NCBI RefSeq assembly: GCF_009914755.1
Contig: NC_060927.1
DNA from: the human T2T-CHM13v2.0 reference genome, Homo sapiens
DNA length: 64,000 nt
Direction: 5' to 3' (one strand)
A program made the position numbers and the translations under genes. Positions 14,951 through 27,600 of the stretch are shown here, one piece after another (the first letter of the stretch is position 1; each line of letters opens with the position of its first letter). Under the pieces are notes generated by a model, which did no database searches, was not told the DNA's origin, and saw nothing but the letters and a program-made list of their open reading frames with translations.

Positions 14951-15749
14951 AGCTTAGGCAGGGGAATTCAGCTGCTCAAGGTCCAAAAGTAACAAATGCC
15001 AATAGAGGAAAGTACTCTTATTAGTTCCATTTTACAAATTGGAAACTGAAATTTCCTAGACATTTAGTAACTTGTGTAAGACCACAGCCCAAAGAACAAA
15101 CATTTGCCAAGCCCTCATATACATAACCTCCTTTCATCTTTACAATTTTATGTGGTAAATGTTATTGCCCCCATTTCATATAAGAGAAAAATGAGGATTA
15201 TAGAAATCAATTAAAAGCTAAAGATTCTGTGGTACGTGCAACCCTGCCATGATCTGCCATGCCCATCTCGAAGCTTCCTCCCAGGGTACCAAGTCATTTT
15301 ATAGCAGAACTCTCCAGGCCTCCGTGCGTGTGTGTGTATGTCCTTAATATCTTGTCCTACACAAAATTCGATGACCACTGGATATATTTGGATATCTGTC
15401 ACTGAGCCTCACCTGTCTTCTTTCCTACTGCAGACTAACTCAGGACTTTTCCAGAGTCCTCCTGGGAGGCTGAGACTTCTGGGCCCCACTAGGTCTAATT
15501 ATCTAAGAAGTAAAGGGGAATGGGGCAGGGAATGGAATGGCCTGGAATCTGAAGCCCTGTCAGTATGCAAATCACTTACTTGCATGCAAATCATTCCAAG
15601 GAAATGGAGCTGGGTATCCCTTGGTCAAACATTTTTGTCTCCTGTGAATGATGCAAATTACTTTTGGTACCTACAGCCCTCCCTGTTTTGTGGCTAGATT
15701 GAAAAATTTTTAGCCCTGCATTTGAATAGGCTGACCCATGCTAGACAGT

Positions 15750-16680
15750 GATGAAGAGGACAAGACACAATGATTCCACTCCTATGAAAAGACCCAAGAA
15801 AACATTAGCACAGATCCACCAGGGAACCTGTTCAGAAATGTTCATAGCAGCACTGTTTATAGTAGCTCCAAAATAAAACCAATCTGAACACCTATGGAAG
15901 GAGAATGGAAAAATTAATTGTGTATGTTCACCCAATGAACTATTATAGAGCCATGAAAATGAATGAGATACTGTTACATGCATCAACATGGATGAATCTT
16001 GTTAAGTCCAATGGCAATTCCTAGAAAATGATATATAGTATAGTACCTTTTAATAAAGTTCAAAAAGCAAGTAAAGCTAAATAAATTCATGTTACATGTA
16101 TTTTTAAATCCAAGGAAATGATAAACCATAAAAATCAGGATAGTGGCCAGGCGCAGTGGCTCACGCCTGTAATCCCAGCACTTTGGGAGGCTGAGATGGG
16201 TGGATCACGAGGTCAGGAGTTCAAGACCAGCCTAGCCAAAATGGTGAAACTCCATCTCTACTAAAAACACAAAAAATTAGCCAGGCATGGTGGCAGGAGC
16301 CTGTAATTCCAGCTACTCGGGAGACTGAGGCAGAGAATTGCTTGAACCTGGGAGGTGGAGGTTGCAGTGAGCTGAGATGGTGCCACTGCACTCCAGCCTG
16401 GGTGACAGAGCAAGACTCCATCTAAAAAAAAAAATCAGGATAGTGTTTTTGTGTGAAGGAGAGGCAAAAAGATGGGCTAGGAAAGGAGCACCCGGGAAGA
16501 TGTAGGTGTTGGAAATGTTCTAGGTCTTGGGTTCAATAGTGGGTTCATGTGTGTTCATCATGTTATGAATAAATACATGAATTAATAAGTCCCATACTTG
16601 GGCTAATGTTGACAATGTGTCATGATCAAGGATTATGATTAATTCAATTCTGATCATTCAATACCTAAATGGAAGACAGA
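15750..16680 (+). mobile_element. L1ME-like 3' end interrupted by an Alu
   Basis: atgttcatagcagcactgtttatagtagctccaaa...catcaacatggatgaatct are L1 3' motifs. Confidence 0.7.
16145..16433 (+). mobile_element. Alu (AluS-like)
   Basis: Full dimer with TSD AAAAATCAGGATAGT. Confidence 0.95.
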
Positions 16681-16784
16681 AATAGCGAGGGAGAGAGAGA
16701 AGCCAATGGAGCTGGCCTTTCTTCCTTTTTTCCTCCCTCCCTTCCTCCCTGCCTGCCTGTCTTTCTTTTCTTTTCCTTTACCTT

Positions 16785-17640
16785 TAATTATTCCACAAAC
16801 ATCTACTGTTTGTCGACTGTATACCATGCCCCAGGCTGAGAACTAGGAACACTGGGATGAATCAGACACAGTCCTGCCCTAAAGAGTCACCATGTGATGC
16901 AAGAGTCTGACAATTCCCCAAATGTTTTCAAGGTGCTATGACAGATGTAAAGCAACAAGGTGTGGTAGGGCTTACAGAAGGGGCCCTTAATCCAGCCTGG
17001 GCTATTTGGGAAGACTGTGGAGCTTTCTGCTTTGAGAAATTAGCAAGAAGAAAATGTGGTTGGGGGTGTAACAGCTATAAAAATGAAAAAGACAGCCTTG
17101 CCCTTGAAGTGCTCATATCTTGGGGTGAGGGACAAGAAAGGAGGTCACAACAGTGGGACTTGGGGTTGTGAGAGAGGCAAGCACAGGCTTGAGATGCACA
17201 TAGGAGGGCACCGTGCTGTGCCTGCAGTGTTGGGAAGGCTTCCTGGAGGAGATGACATGTATACAAGCAGAGAGACGAAGTATGAATTAGAGTTACCTGG
17301 AAAGTCTGTACCAGGAAGAAAGGTAAGCACCTACAATGGCCTGTGGCAGGGAGAAAGAGCATGGAGGAGCTCAGGGGGCCCCAGTGTGGCCTGGCCCAGA
17401 GCGCAAATGAGAGGAGGTGAAACTAGATGAGTAGGCAGGGAGCCAGATTCCATGAAAAAGCATGAAAATTATGCTGTGGGCCATGGGGTACCTCTGAAGG
17501 GAGTGGCAAGGGTGATTTTTCCTTCATGAAGAGAGCCCAGCAGTAGAGGTGAGGGGGCCGCTATAACTGCTAGGGAAAGAGATGGTGATGCTTGGGCTGT
17601 AAAGAGGAACAGAATTTGAGAGCTGAGCACCTGATGGACA
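16785..17640 (-). mobile_element. L2 fragments
   Basis: Antisense L2 motifs, e.g. tattccacaaacatctactg...ataccatgccccaggc and cagacacagtcctgccct. Confidence 0.5.
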
Positions 17641-18302
17641 ATGCTGCATGGCAGGCTGGGCTCAAACAGGGTTGCTCCTGAGGGGTGGGCAGAGGACATT
17701 CAGACCTCACACAACACAGTTCTGTCTTGCCACAGACCTCCTTGGAGCAAGCTGCAAGCTCCAAAATTTCTCAGAACTGAAAGTTTTTCCTCCAACTTCT
17801 GTAAAACCATGGTTAATACTTTTACAAGACAGAGAAGGAGTCCGAGATTTCAATAGCTAAAAACTGGGAAGTAGACCGAATACCATTCCTTGTGGGAGCA
17901 AAGGCAGGAGGAGTGAGGTTCAGAGCTTTGCTTTATCCAAGGGGTTCTGGACCCCTGACTGCAGCAGCTCCCTACTGGACCTTCTGCCCCAGGCATTACT
18001 TTGCCTTAGTCCAAGAATCCCACGAATGCTACAGATCTTGGTCTACTCCTGAGAAGTAGAAGGAAAAAGATTTATTGTGCACCGACTACACGACAAGCTA
18101 CAACCCACAACTGTACTCTAGGGACATTCTTCTGTTCCTGTTTAGAAATGAGAAAGCTAGGACCCAAAGGCTTGGAATTGAGATTTAAGCCCAGAGCTGT
18201 CTGACTATGCCCATGCAATACTGTACATTCTTTAGAGCAATACTGTGGCTAGTTTTTCACGGTTGCATTTTTAGACTCACTCTTGGACAGTTAAGAACAT
18301 CT

Positions 18303-18838
18303 TGCATTAGTTACCTACTGCTGAATAACAAATTACTCCAACATTTAGCTGATTAAAACAACAAACATTTATTATCTTACAGTTTCCATGCATCAGAAAT
18401 CTAAGCACAGGTAGTTGGTTTCGGTGATTCACGATCTCTCATGAGGTTGCAGTCAAGGCATCACACAGGGCTGTATTGTCCTATGAAGGGCTCAGCTCGG
18501 CGGGGCAGAGATCTGCTCCCAAGTTCACTCATGTGGTTATCGGTAGGTCTCAGTCACTCACCATATGGGCCTCTCTCCACAGTGCCACTGCAGGATATAG
18601 CAGCTGGCTTCTCCAGAGAGGTGATCCCAAAAGAGAGCAAGAGTGTATGCTCAAAACAGAAGCCACAGTCTTCTTATAACCTAATATTGGAAGGAACATC
18701 CCATTACCTCTGCTGTATTCTGTTAGTGAGAAGCAAGTCAGTAAGTCTAGCCCACACTTTAAGGGAAAGGGTTTACACAAGGGAGTATATACCAGGAGTC
18801 AGGGATCACTGGGGGCCATTTAGAAGCTGCTGATCTCA
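18303..18838 (-). mobile_element. MaLR LTR (MLT1F/G/H-like)
   Basis: tgcattagttacctactgctgaataacaaattactccaacatttagctgattaaaacaacaaacatttattatc. Confidence 0.8.
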
Positions 18839-20031
18839 ATCTAAAGAATTTTAGTAGCCAGGCTATCCTGGCTTCTCCCCAAATGGCAAGTTGTTTCCCT
18901 TGTTATCCAGAGGCTGGAGGATTTGGGGGTCTACAGGGACACAAGGGGGCCCTGTTTTGGCCCACTCCTTTGTGCCTGGGGCATAATCTCATTGGGAAAG
19001 GCCAGTGTGGTGAACCTAACTGGAGCCCCCAAGGGAGGGGGGGAGTTGTTTTCTCAAATTGTGGCCACTGCTCCCTCCCTCCCTTATCCTTGAAGCTACT
19101 GTGATGCTTCCCAGCACCGAGTGGAAGCAACGGGCATCCTCCACACACACACCCAGCCTGTCAGCCAGATGGGTAGAGAAACCATCAGCATGAACGTCTG
19201 CTTTAAACTTTCCTTTGCTTCTGAGCTTCTTTCCACAAATTTTCTTTTCTTGCTCCCCAACCACATCCATAACCCCCACAGTAGCTCACAGTAGAGGTGC
19301 TCCAGGAGCTTGTCAATAGGAGGTAGGAAGGAAAGACACCAAGTGTGAATGTAGGTCAGCACTGCCACTTAGGGCAGTTCAAATCACATTCACTGTCCTC
19401 AGCATCTATCCTATGCTGGTGCAGGGCATCCAGAGATGTGTGAGGTACCTATACTTGCCCTCCAGGGGGGGCTCACAGTTTTAGGAGGGGCAGACATGCA
19501 AACAGACAGTGATGAAACGTTAGAATAAGTACAATAAATACGTGTCAATACACACTTTTGTCACCTCATCATGGTTATCTTGGTTCATAAAGCATCATCT
19601 TATGCTTAGACTATTACAGTAGCTGCCAACCTGGTTTCCTCCATCCATCCATCCAGTTGGCTGCTAAGAGGTCTTTCTGGAATGCAAATCCGACAAGGTC
19701 ACTACCCTGGTTAAAGGCCTCCCAAAGTGATGGGGAAGGTCAAGCTCTTGATACAGTCTCCACCCAAGACCCTAGACACCGTCCATCCCTCCAGTTCCGT
19801 CATACCCCCTCTGCTCATAGCACAGGCTCTGTGCTGTGATAGGTAGCTCTCCAGGTGACCATGTTGTACCCCTGCCTCCAGGAGCTAATTCATGTAGACA
19901 CATTTACTAGGAAACATTCCCAGTTGCCCTTTCCAGTCTGACAAATTCGCCCCAGAACCTCTCTCAAAACGTTTCCTTCATAGAGTTGGATTGTCTTTAC
20001 TTGTTTTCCATGTCCTTGATGAAATGCGCAC

Positions 20032-20082
20032 TCTGCATCTAGACTCTGTCTGCATCTAGACTCTGTCTGCATCTAGACTCTG
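20032..20082. repeat. 17-bp tandem repeat, about 3 copies
   Basis: Unit TGCATCTAGACTCTGTC. Confidence 0.9.
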
Positions 20083-20859
20083 CCTGGTACCTGGCACAGA
20101 GAGGGATTGGGTTAGCAAATGACTGCGTAATGGACCTAAAGTCAATTCTGGGAGCACAGACGAGGGCCACCAAACCAAGAACTTTCAATTTCCCCAAGGA
20201 AGCGCAGATACCAGAAGCACCCTCGAGGCTTCTGTTTTGGCCACGCCCTTTACCCCATCGCTCAGTTCAGGCTCCCAATGAGGCGGCCCACCATCAGCGC
20301 TGGTAGAGCAAAGAGACCGACTTCCTGCGCCTCGGGTGGGCGGGGAACGCTCCTTGAGCAGGTGCGGTATGAAATTGGACTTTAAGAGATGAGTTGGAGC
20401 CTGATCTCAAAAATAAAGTGTGGACGTGTGTGTCTGAGGAAGGGGGATAATAAACCACCCTTTTTTCCTCCTGGCTGCTATTTCCCACGTGCGTTGAGTA
20501 AAGGCACCAAAGCTGCCTAGTGACTGGGTGTCTCCTCCCCGTCAGGGGCACCCACCCTGGCGCTCCAGGCGCGCTTGAATGAATCCGGGAGGACCCGCGC
20601 GCAGGAATGAATGCGAGAGCTAGGGAGTGAGCGGGCGAGCGGGCGGGTGAGTGAATGGCGACCGCGCCGCCGCCTTGGCACAGGGGCGCGGGCGCGGGCT
20701 CCACTTCCCTCTCCCGCCAGCTGGTGGCCTCGAGAAGGTGGCGGCGCCGGCAGCGGCCCGAGCTGGGACGGCCGGGGCGCGGGATGGTGGGGGAAGGGGC
20801 GTTCCCGGCGACCGCGCCTTCCGCGGCTATTGGATTAGTGGCCTTCAGGGATGAGCTCA

Positions 20860-21508
20860 GCCAGATCGGCTTTCAGCTGCAGCCTCCGGGCCGGCCGGGA
20901 AGGCGGGGAGCGGGCGGCGGCGGCGGAGGAGGGGGAGGCGGCGGCGGCTGCAGCATCCAGAGCTGGCCGTGGCGGCCGGCGCGCCCCGCGCACAAAGGCA
21001 CCCAGCCCCAGGGGAGGGCGATGAACACACCACATCCCGGGCCCGGGCCCCAGCTGCTGCTACCGCTGCGTGCGCTCAGGGCGCTGGGGAAGACGCCCGG
21101 CGCGCCGGGGGCCAGCGGCCGAGGCGCGGCCCGTGCGCCCTGAGCGCGGGACTCGTCGCCCTCCGGGTCAGGCGCCAAGCTTCCAAGCGGCTAGAGCGCG
21201 GGCCTTGGAGCGCCCCCAGGATCGCTTCAGTAAGGCGCTTCCCCACTCCAGGCCCGATCCCCGGCGCCTGAGCGCCAACTTCGCCAAGAACGCTCCTAAC
21301 TCCAGGCCATCCTGCAGCGCAGAGGGGGCGCTGCTGCCGGGCATCAGCCGTGAGGACGCGCCCCTGGCCGTGCGGAGAGAGCCGGCATTTGCGGGTCACT
21401 CGGGCGCCCCTGAGTGGGCGGCGGCGGCAGCAGACCCCTCTCCAGGGAGTCCAGGACCTGCCAGCGCTGGGGATTCTTCCCGAACAGGCGCTTGCCCTCT
21501 CTTTTATG
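20860..21508 (+). other. SPSB4: SPSB4 exon 1 (5'UTR); TSS approximate
   Basis: Strong donor ATG|GTAAGT at 21508/21509 inside the CpG island upstream of the coding exon. The start is inferred from the CCAAT position. Confidence 0.7.
20913..20948 (+). repeat. Interrupted GGC trinucleotide repeat
   Basis: (GGC)4 GGA GGA GGG GGA (GGC)4. Confidence 0.9.
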
Positions 21509-24204
21509 GTAAGTACTCTCCAGCTCCTGGTGAGGGGCGCGCGGGGGCCGGGAGCCGAGATCCGGCTGCACGGACTTTGTGCGGGCCAGCACTCGACACA
21601 GCTGGCGCTCCTGACGTCCCAGTCCCTGAGAATTCCTCTCTGCAGGTTGTGGCAGTTCGAGATGGTTGATTTGCGCGCAGCCCTGGGGCGTTTGGGGCCC
21701 GGCCTTTGGTATCATGGGTTCTAAGCCCTTTGCTTCTCTGCGTAGCGGACAACGCACAAAAAACTGCCATCCGATTCACCCGCTTTGGTTTGGATCCAGG
21801 ATCCGTCACTCACTGGCTGAGTGACCTTGGACAGGGCGCCAAACCTGTTTCCTCATCCGTAGGATGGGAATGATAATTGTGCACATTTTATAGGGGTATT
21901 GGAAAGATCTATGGGATGGTGTTCGTAGGTAGACATGTGCTGGGCACACAGGAAACACTCAATCATATGTTAGCTAGTATTATTATTAGCTTTGCGAGCC
22001 CAAGCTTGTTATCCAACTTTCCGAAGCTGCAGCAGTTCCGTCGTCCGTGTAATGGGGACAATAATTCCTGGGGGTCTGTTCGTCCGGGGTATACGGAGAG
22101 GTGGAAGTAAAGCACGGGTCACGCAATAGGCACCGGTGGCTGTTGTTACCGTTTATTCCTGACTCTGGGGCAGTGAGGCTGGTCGCCTGGCCCGAGAGCG
22201 ACTCAGGGACCAGTCCTGGCCTTGCTTGAATACAAACTTGTCTATGCTCGGGAAGGGAGGGGGTTGGGAGCTCAGGAAACCCTAGGCGCAGGGCTCTGGG
22301 AAGGAGGGAGGGGGCCAGAGACTTGAGCGCGGCAAATGTGTCCGCCCTGGTCGCTCTGTACGCGCCAGGGGCTCCAAGCCAGAAGGGGACGCCGAGCCCC
22401 CGACCTCTGACTGGCGGGAGAACCGGGGGAGTGGCTGCTCCCGCCGGCCCATGGCCAAGCGCAGACGGCTGCCGGCAGGAAGGAGAGGAGGGCACTTTTC
22501 TGTACCGCTGTCGCGAGAAGGTGGAGAGTTCTCAGTTCTGGAGTCAGGCTTGGGTTCGAATCTGTCTCCACCACCAGCTCGCGGTGTGACCTTGGGCAAG
22601 TTCTCTAACCTCCCCCCGCTTGGTTTCCTCTTCTGCGCCCCACTCTCCTCCTTGGGGGGTTGGGGGATGAAGATAGGAGTTCCTTTCTCTCAGACTCTGA
22701 GCCCTCTATCCTCCCACCCCCTTTCTGGCCCCCTGCCCCCCACCCGCGCAATTTGATGAGCTTAAGTCTGGAAGACGTAAAATGTGTAAAAGCATGATAT
22801 AAACATCCTTTACCCAAGGGCATATTCCTCTGAGACACATACCCTCTAATTTATTCCATTTTTAAAAATGGTAATGAAAAGAATTTAAGCCACCTTTGGC
22901 AAATCACAAACAAAATTCAACTTACTGGACCTTCTACCCAAATATCTCTCCAGTTTGTATTTCTCGTTTATTTTAAAGATATATTTAATGATATAAAAAT
23001 AAAATCTGCAAGGAAAAGAAATCACCAGAAACAGTCAAAAGATATATGACAAACTGTCACATATGACATATACCACTCCTATCACAACAGGCTCATCTCT
23101 TTAAATATGTAAGAGATTCCTGAGGTCAACAAACAAAAGATCAAATGGGCAAAGACACGATTCATACATGCGAAATAAAATAGAAATGATACCAAAACAT
23201 ATGACAAGATACCTTACCTCAATACGAAAAATGCAAGTTAAAATTACAAGATTTTTTTTTAATGTATCAAATTAGCAAGTAGTCATAACCATTTATCAGA
23301 AGCATCTTTTAAAAATGTAGATCACATTTCTCCCTAGCTCAGGACCTCCTTAAGGCTGCCACAGAGTAAAATCTAGATGATCCCAGGGGTCCTCAGGTCT
23401 GGTACTGCCCTTCTCCACCTCTTCCTCACCATTTTCCTCTCCCCCACTACCCACCCTCCTAGCCTTCTTCCTTTTACTCCAACACTCCAAAGGCTCATTC
23501 ACTTGCTGTTCCCCTGCCTAGAATACTTTTCCTCCTAGTTTTTCATACAACTGAAACTTCCTCATCATTTACGTAGAACTGTCCTTGGAAGGGCTTCATT
23601 TCTATCCCAGAAAGTGGCCAAGCCACAGTGGCCAGTGCAGAATTCCTTGCCCTTTTGGGGAAAGACCTAGTACAACTCACCATACAGGAGTTACTTAATT
23701 TCCCCTGAGCTGCCCGACCTGTTGTCACACATCCATGCTCTAGAAAGGTTTTTTCTCTGTTGATACAGGAGTGAAGAGTCTCGGGCATGAAAATCAGGGG
23801 AGTGGCAGGCCGTAGATGGAGGTCCCCAGAAGTCTCTGCCTATATATGTACTATATAAGTACATAGTATGTACTCTTGATTTATGTGAACATGACCATCT
23901 GTGGTAAGAAAAGATCAACTATAAAAAATTTTTAAACCAGCAACACGTTTTTAATAAAACATGGTTCCTACATAAGCCAACTAATTTATTTGCTGCTGAT
24001 CAGTTCAAGAAATAGGGATTTGTTTTGAGGCTATAGGAAAAACAGTTGTGGGTGGTGTGCCCTTTGGGAAAGAGGTGGTATACCTCAAACCAGTTATCAT
24101 GAACTTTGTGTGGAACTTTAGAAGAACTTTCCTAAGCAGTGTTGATTGCATGTGATTTTTGCTTCACACATTGAGTTCAGAACTTACTCCATTTAAAATG
24201 TATA

Positions 24205-24629
<425 letters not shown>

Positions 24630-27600
24630 TTAAGAAATGCAGATGTGGTGCAAGAGATAGCAGCAGGAATCAACAGCTAAGATGAAGACAAAGTGGGTTG
24701 GAGGGCAGAGGGTGCAGTGGGACGTAGGCAAGAGGACATAATGGGGCGGAGGGAAGAGGATGTAGTGGGCTGAGGGGCTGCCACGGAGGGGTGCCCAGTT
24801 CTGCTTCTGCTAGAAGGGGCAGGGGAGTGAGAGAATGTCAGCCAGGTCAGAGAAGATGGGAAGAGTCCCAGGATGTGCTGACGAGGAGAGTCTGGCATGA
24901 CTGGTCTGAGGTGGGCCGTGATGACAGACAGTGTGGAAGAAATAAGAGCAGCCTGGAGGGCCCCTGGGTGCCAAGCAAAGAGGTGCAGCTTCTCTCTGGA
25001 GAAGCTGCCTGGAGGGTTGAATGAAGAGATTGGTGGGTGTCTTGGTCCAACTTACCTGTTGGCAGCATGGAGAGTGGGTTGGCGGGCAAACAGTGGAGTC
25101 AGGGAAGCCTGCTAAGAGACCAGTGGAGTAATCCAGGCAAGTTCTGAACTAGGGGAAAGCTGACGGGGTTGAGTGGTGGGGACCAAGAGACGGGATCCAT
25201 GGCAGGAACAGTGACATGCAGAGGAACCTGGCATGTGAGAGAGGGAAGAGGCCAGGCTCAGCCTAGGACCTGCAGATTCCGAGGTGCACATGGACCACAG
25301 ATGTCCCGCAGGGCTGAGAGTGTGGGTGTGCCCATGGTAGGAGGCTTATGATGGAAAGAGGTCAGCTGGCCTTACAAGGTCATTTGAAACAACACCCAGG
25401 CAGGGCTGACCAGGGGCTTCTAGTAGGTAGGTCTTGTGCTGAGGAGAGAAGGCAGCACTGGAGACCCGGCTTGAGAGTGTCTGCACGGGGCTGGAGATGC
25501 AGGTCATAAGAGAAGATGCATGGAGTGAGAGAGTGAAAAGCGGAAACTGAAGTTGAAGCAATGGACTTGGGGGTGCCCCATTGATGGGGTAGGCAGGAAG
25601 ACATTGGAGCCAGGAGGAGGCAGGAAAGCTGCTGTGGTAAGCTCTACACTTCAATGTGCTGGTATGTGTGGTGGGAGACGCTGGAGCAGTGCCAAAGTCA
25701 TCCATCTGACCTTTAATGTTGTGAAATGTCATGTATGGTGAACTGGAGCTCTGCTTTCTCCAGAAGTGAGTGGGCCTTGGCCCGGTTTACTGGCCACAGA
25801 GACATTCTACCTGTTATCTACCTTCAGGAGACATCTACCTGTTATCTGCATTCTATGAAATGTGCAAGTTGTACAGATTCCTGGGGCTGGAGCAGCTCCC
25901 TCCCCGATCCTGCTCCCTTTCTCCTCTCTTCCTCTCATCCTCTCTCCTTTCCTCCTTAGTATCTCAAAAATGCCCCCAGAGATACTGTAGGCTTAACAGA
26001 GGGATCTTCAGAAATCCCAGCAGGTCCCTATTATGACCTGGCTCAAGCCAGAGGCATGAATAGTTCTGCTTTTCTTTTAGGCATTCTGTTTCCAGACAAC
26101 CAGTTATACCAAGTGGAGAAGGTTCATCTTGGGAGGTAAATGAGGGATTGGACGCAAACCTTATCATGTTTTCATCATCGTTTTCCCCAGAGGGCTTCAT
26201 TAAATGGTACCCTTCCCATCTTCTCCCTTCATGCTTTGACCCAGCCCAGACATGCTGGGCCTCAGGGAATCCAGCTGCCCTGCAAACAACCTCCACATGT
26301 GCCTGGGGCAGGCCTCTGGGCTCAGGGGCAGCTGTGGTGACCGGGCTGGCCCGGACTGCACGTGGCCTTGCTGTCTCAGTGGTATGTCTCTTTCAAATGA
26401 CCTTGCAGAGCTTGCTGCCCTGGTCACAGCCTAGCAAACCTCCTTCATCCCATTTGCTGCTCTCCTTGCTGGCTGACAGCCCAGCTTGCACCTTGGGGGC
26501 CCCTGGCTCAGTCACGCGTGGGAGGATTCCCATGGAAACCCCAGGAGGAGGAGAGGCTCAGGGAAGCCTCATTGATTCTCGCTCCAGGAAAACAGGCGTG
26601 AGATGATTCCACCTGGAACTGGACAGATGGCTCTCTTTGTGAGCTCTTGGGGAAGAAAGGGCTTGCCCAGCCAGTTGTAGCCTGAGCTCCATGTGTGTAT
26701 AGCAGGGAAAAGCTAATGAATGCCTATGAACAAAACCTTGGGGGTTCTTTAGTTCATTCATTGTTGGTGGGTTCATTCTGAATGAGCATCTTTAATAAAA
26801 CAGCCTCCCTACTTAATATTTGCACAAGAAAAATCTTAAAAACATTCCAGTTAAACTAAGGTCAGGCACCTATCATTGGTACCTTTGCACAGAGTCAAAA
26901 ATTGAAAAATAAAGACATGAAATAAATAGTCTGAGCTCACAGTGCTCTGCATTCCCAGTTCATTCTTAAGCGTTGGTTCTTTCTAAGGCAGTGTATTGCT
27001 TTTCTTCATTTGTTCGTGCTCGTGCATTCCATAGACGTTCACCCACCACTTTCTCTAAGCCAGGTCCATGGGGACTCTGATGAGGGAGACCCGGCCCCTG
27101 CTCCCAAGTTGCCCCAGTCCGATGGGAGGGAGGCAGCCAAAGAGACATCATGTCCCCTTGTGATAAGAGCTGTGGTGGGCACAAGTACAAGGGCTCTGAG
27201 AGCACAGGGGGCTGGGGAGCTCCCCAGAGGCACTAATATCTAATATCCTGAAAGCCTCAGAGAACCTGTCGAGGATTTTGAGCAGGAGCGTGATTAGATC
27301 AACTGTGTACTTTTACAAGTGCAGTAGTATATATTTGAAAGTAATATGCAGTCTATAAAGGAATTCCAGTGGTATCTAACTGGATTTCTTTTTACAGTCT
27401 TTGTCATTATTCAGATCTCTCGTGGAGTCTGACCCCTTTGGTGTAGGCTGTCTCCCTAAGGGAAAGTGGTTGAGTCTTATGCTTTTCAGCAGCCTGAGAT
27501 CCCCAGGGCAGGCATCATTACTGCTGGCTAGATGAAAGAAGGAGACTTGCCCCCACCTCTGGCTCCAGCAAGTCCAAAGCCAGAGGCCACACAGAGAGAA

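Larger units (their letters stand above)
20280..22600 (+). promoter_or_regulatory. SPSB4: CpG-island promoter of SPSB4 (core ~20560-21780)
   Basis: Very high GC and CpG density; GC box ~20337, E-box CACGTG 20486, ETS-like CACTTCC 20702, inverted CCAAT (ATTGG) 20829-20833; strong splice donor downstream. Confidence 0.88.

Noticed and set aside
20715-21333. CTCF-like motifs (cgccagctggtggcc at 20715; cagagggggcgct at ~21320)
   Set aside because: Only partial matches in very GC-rich DNA; cannot be supported without a PWM scan or ChIP data.
20294-22756. Many 100-200 aa ORFs in the CpG island
   Set aside because: Low-complexity Pro/Gly/Arg/Ala translations typical of CpG islands, mostly with non-ATG starts. 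Only the ATG-initiated uORFs were kept.
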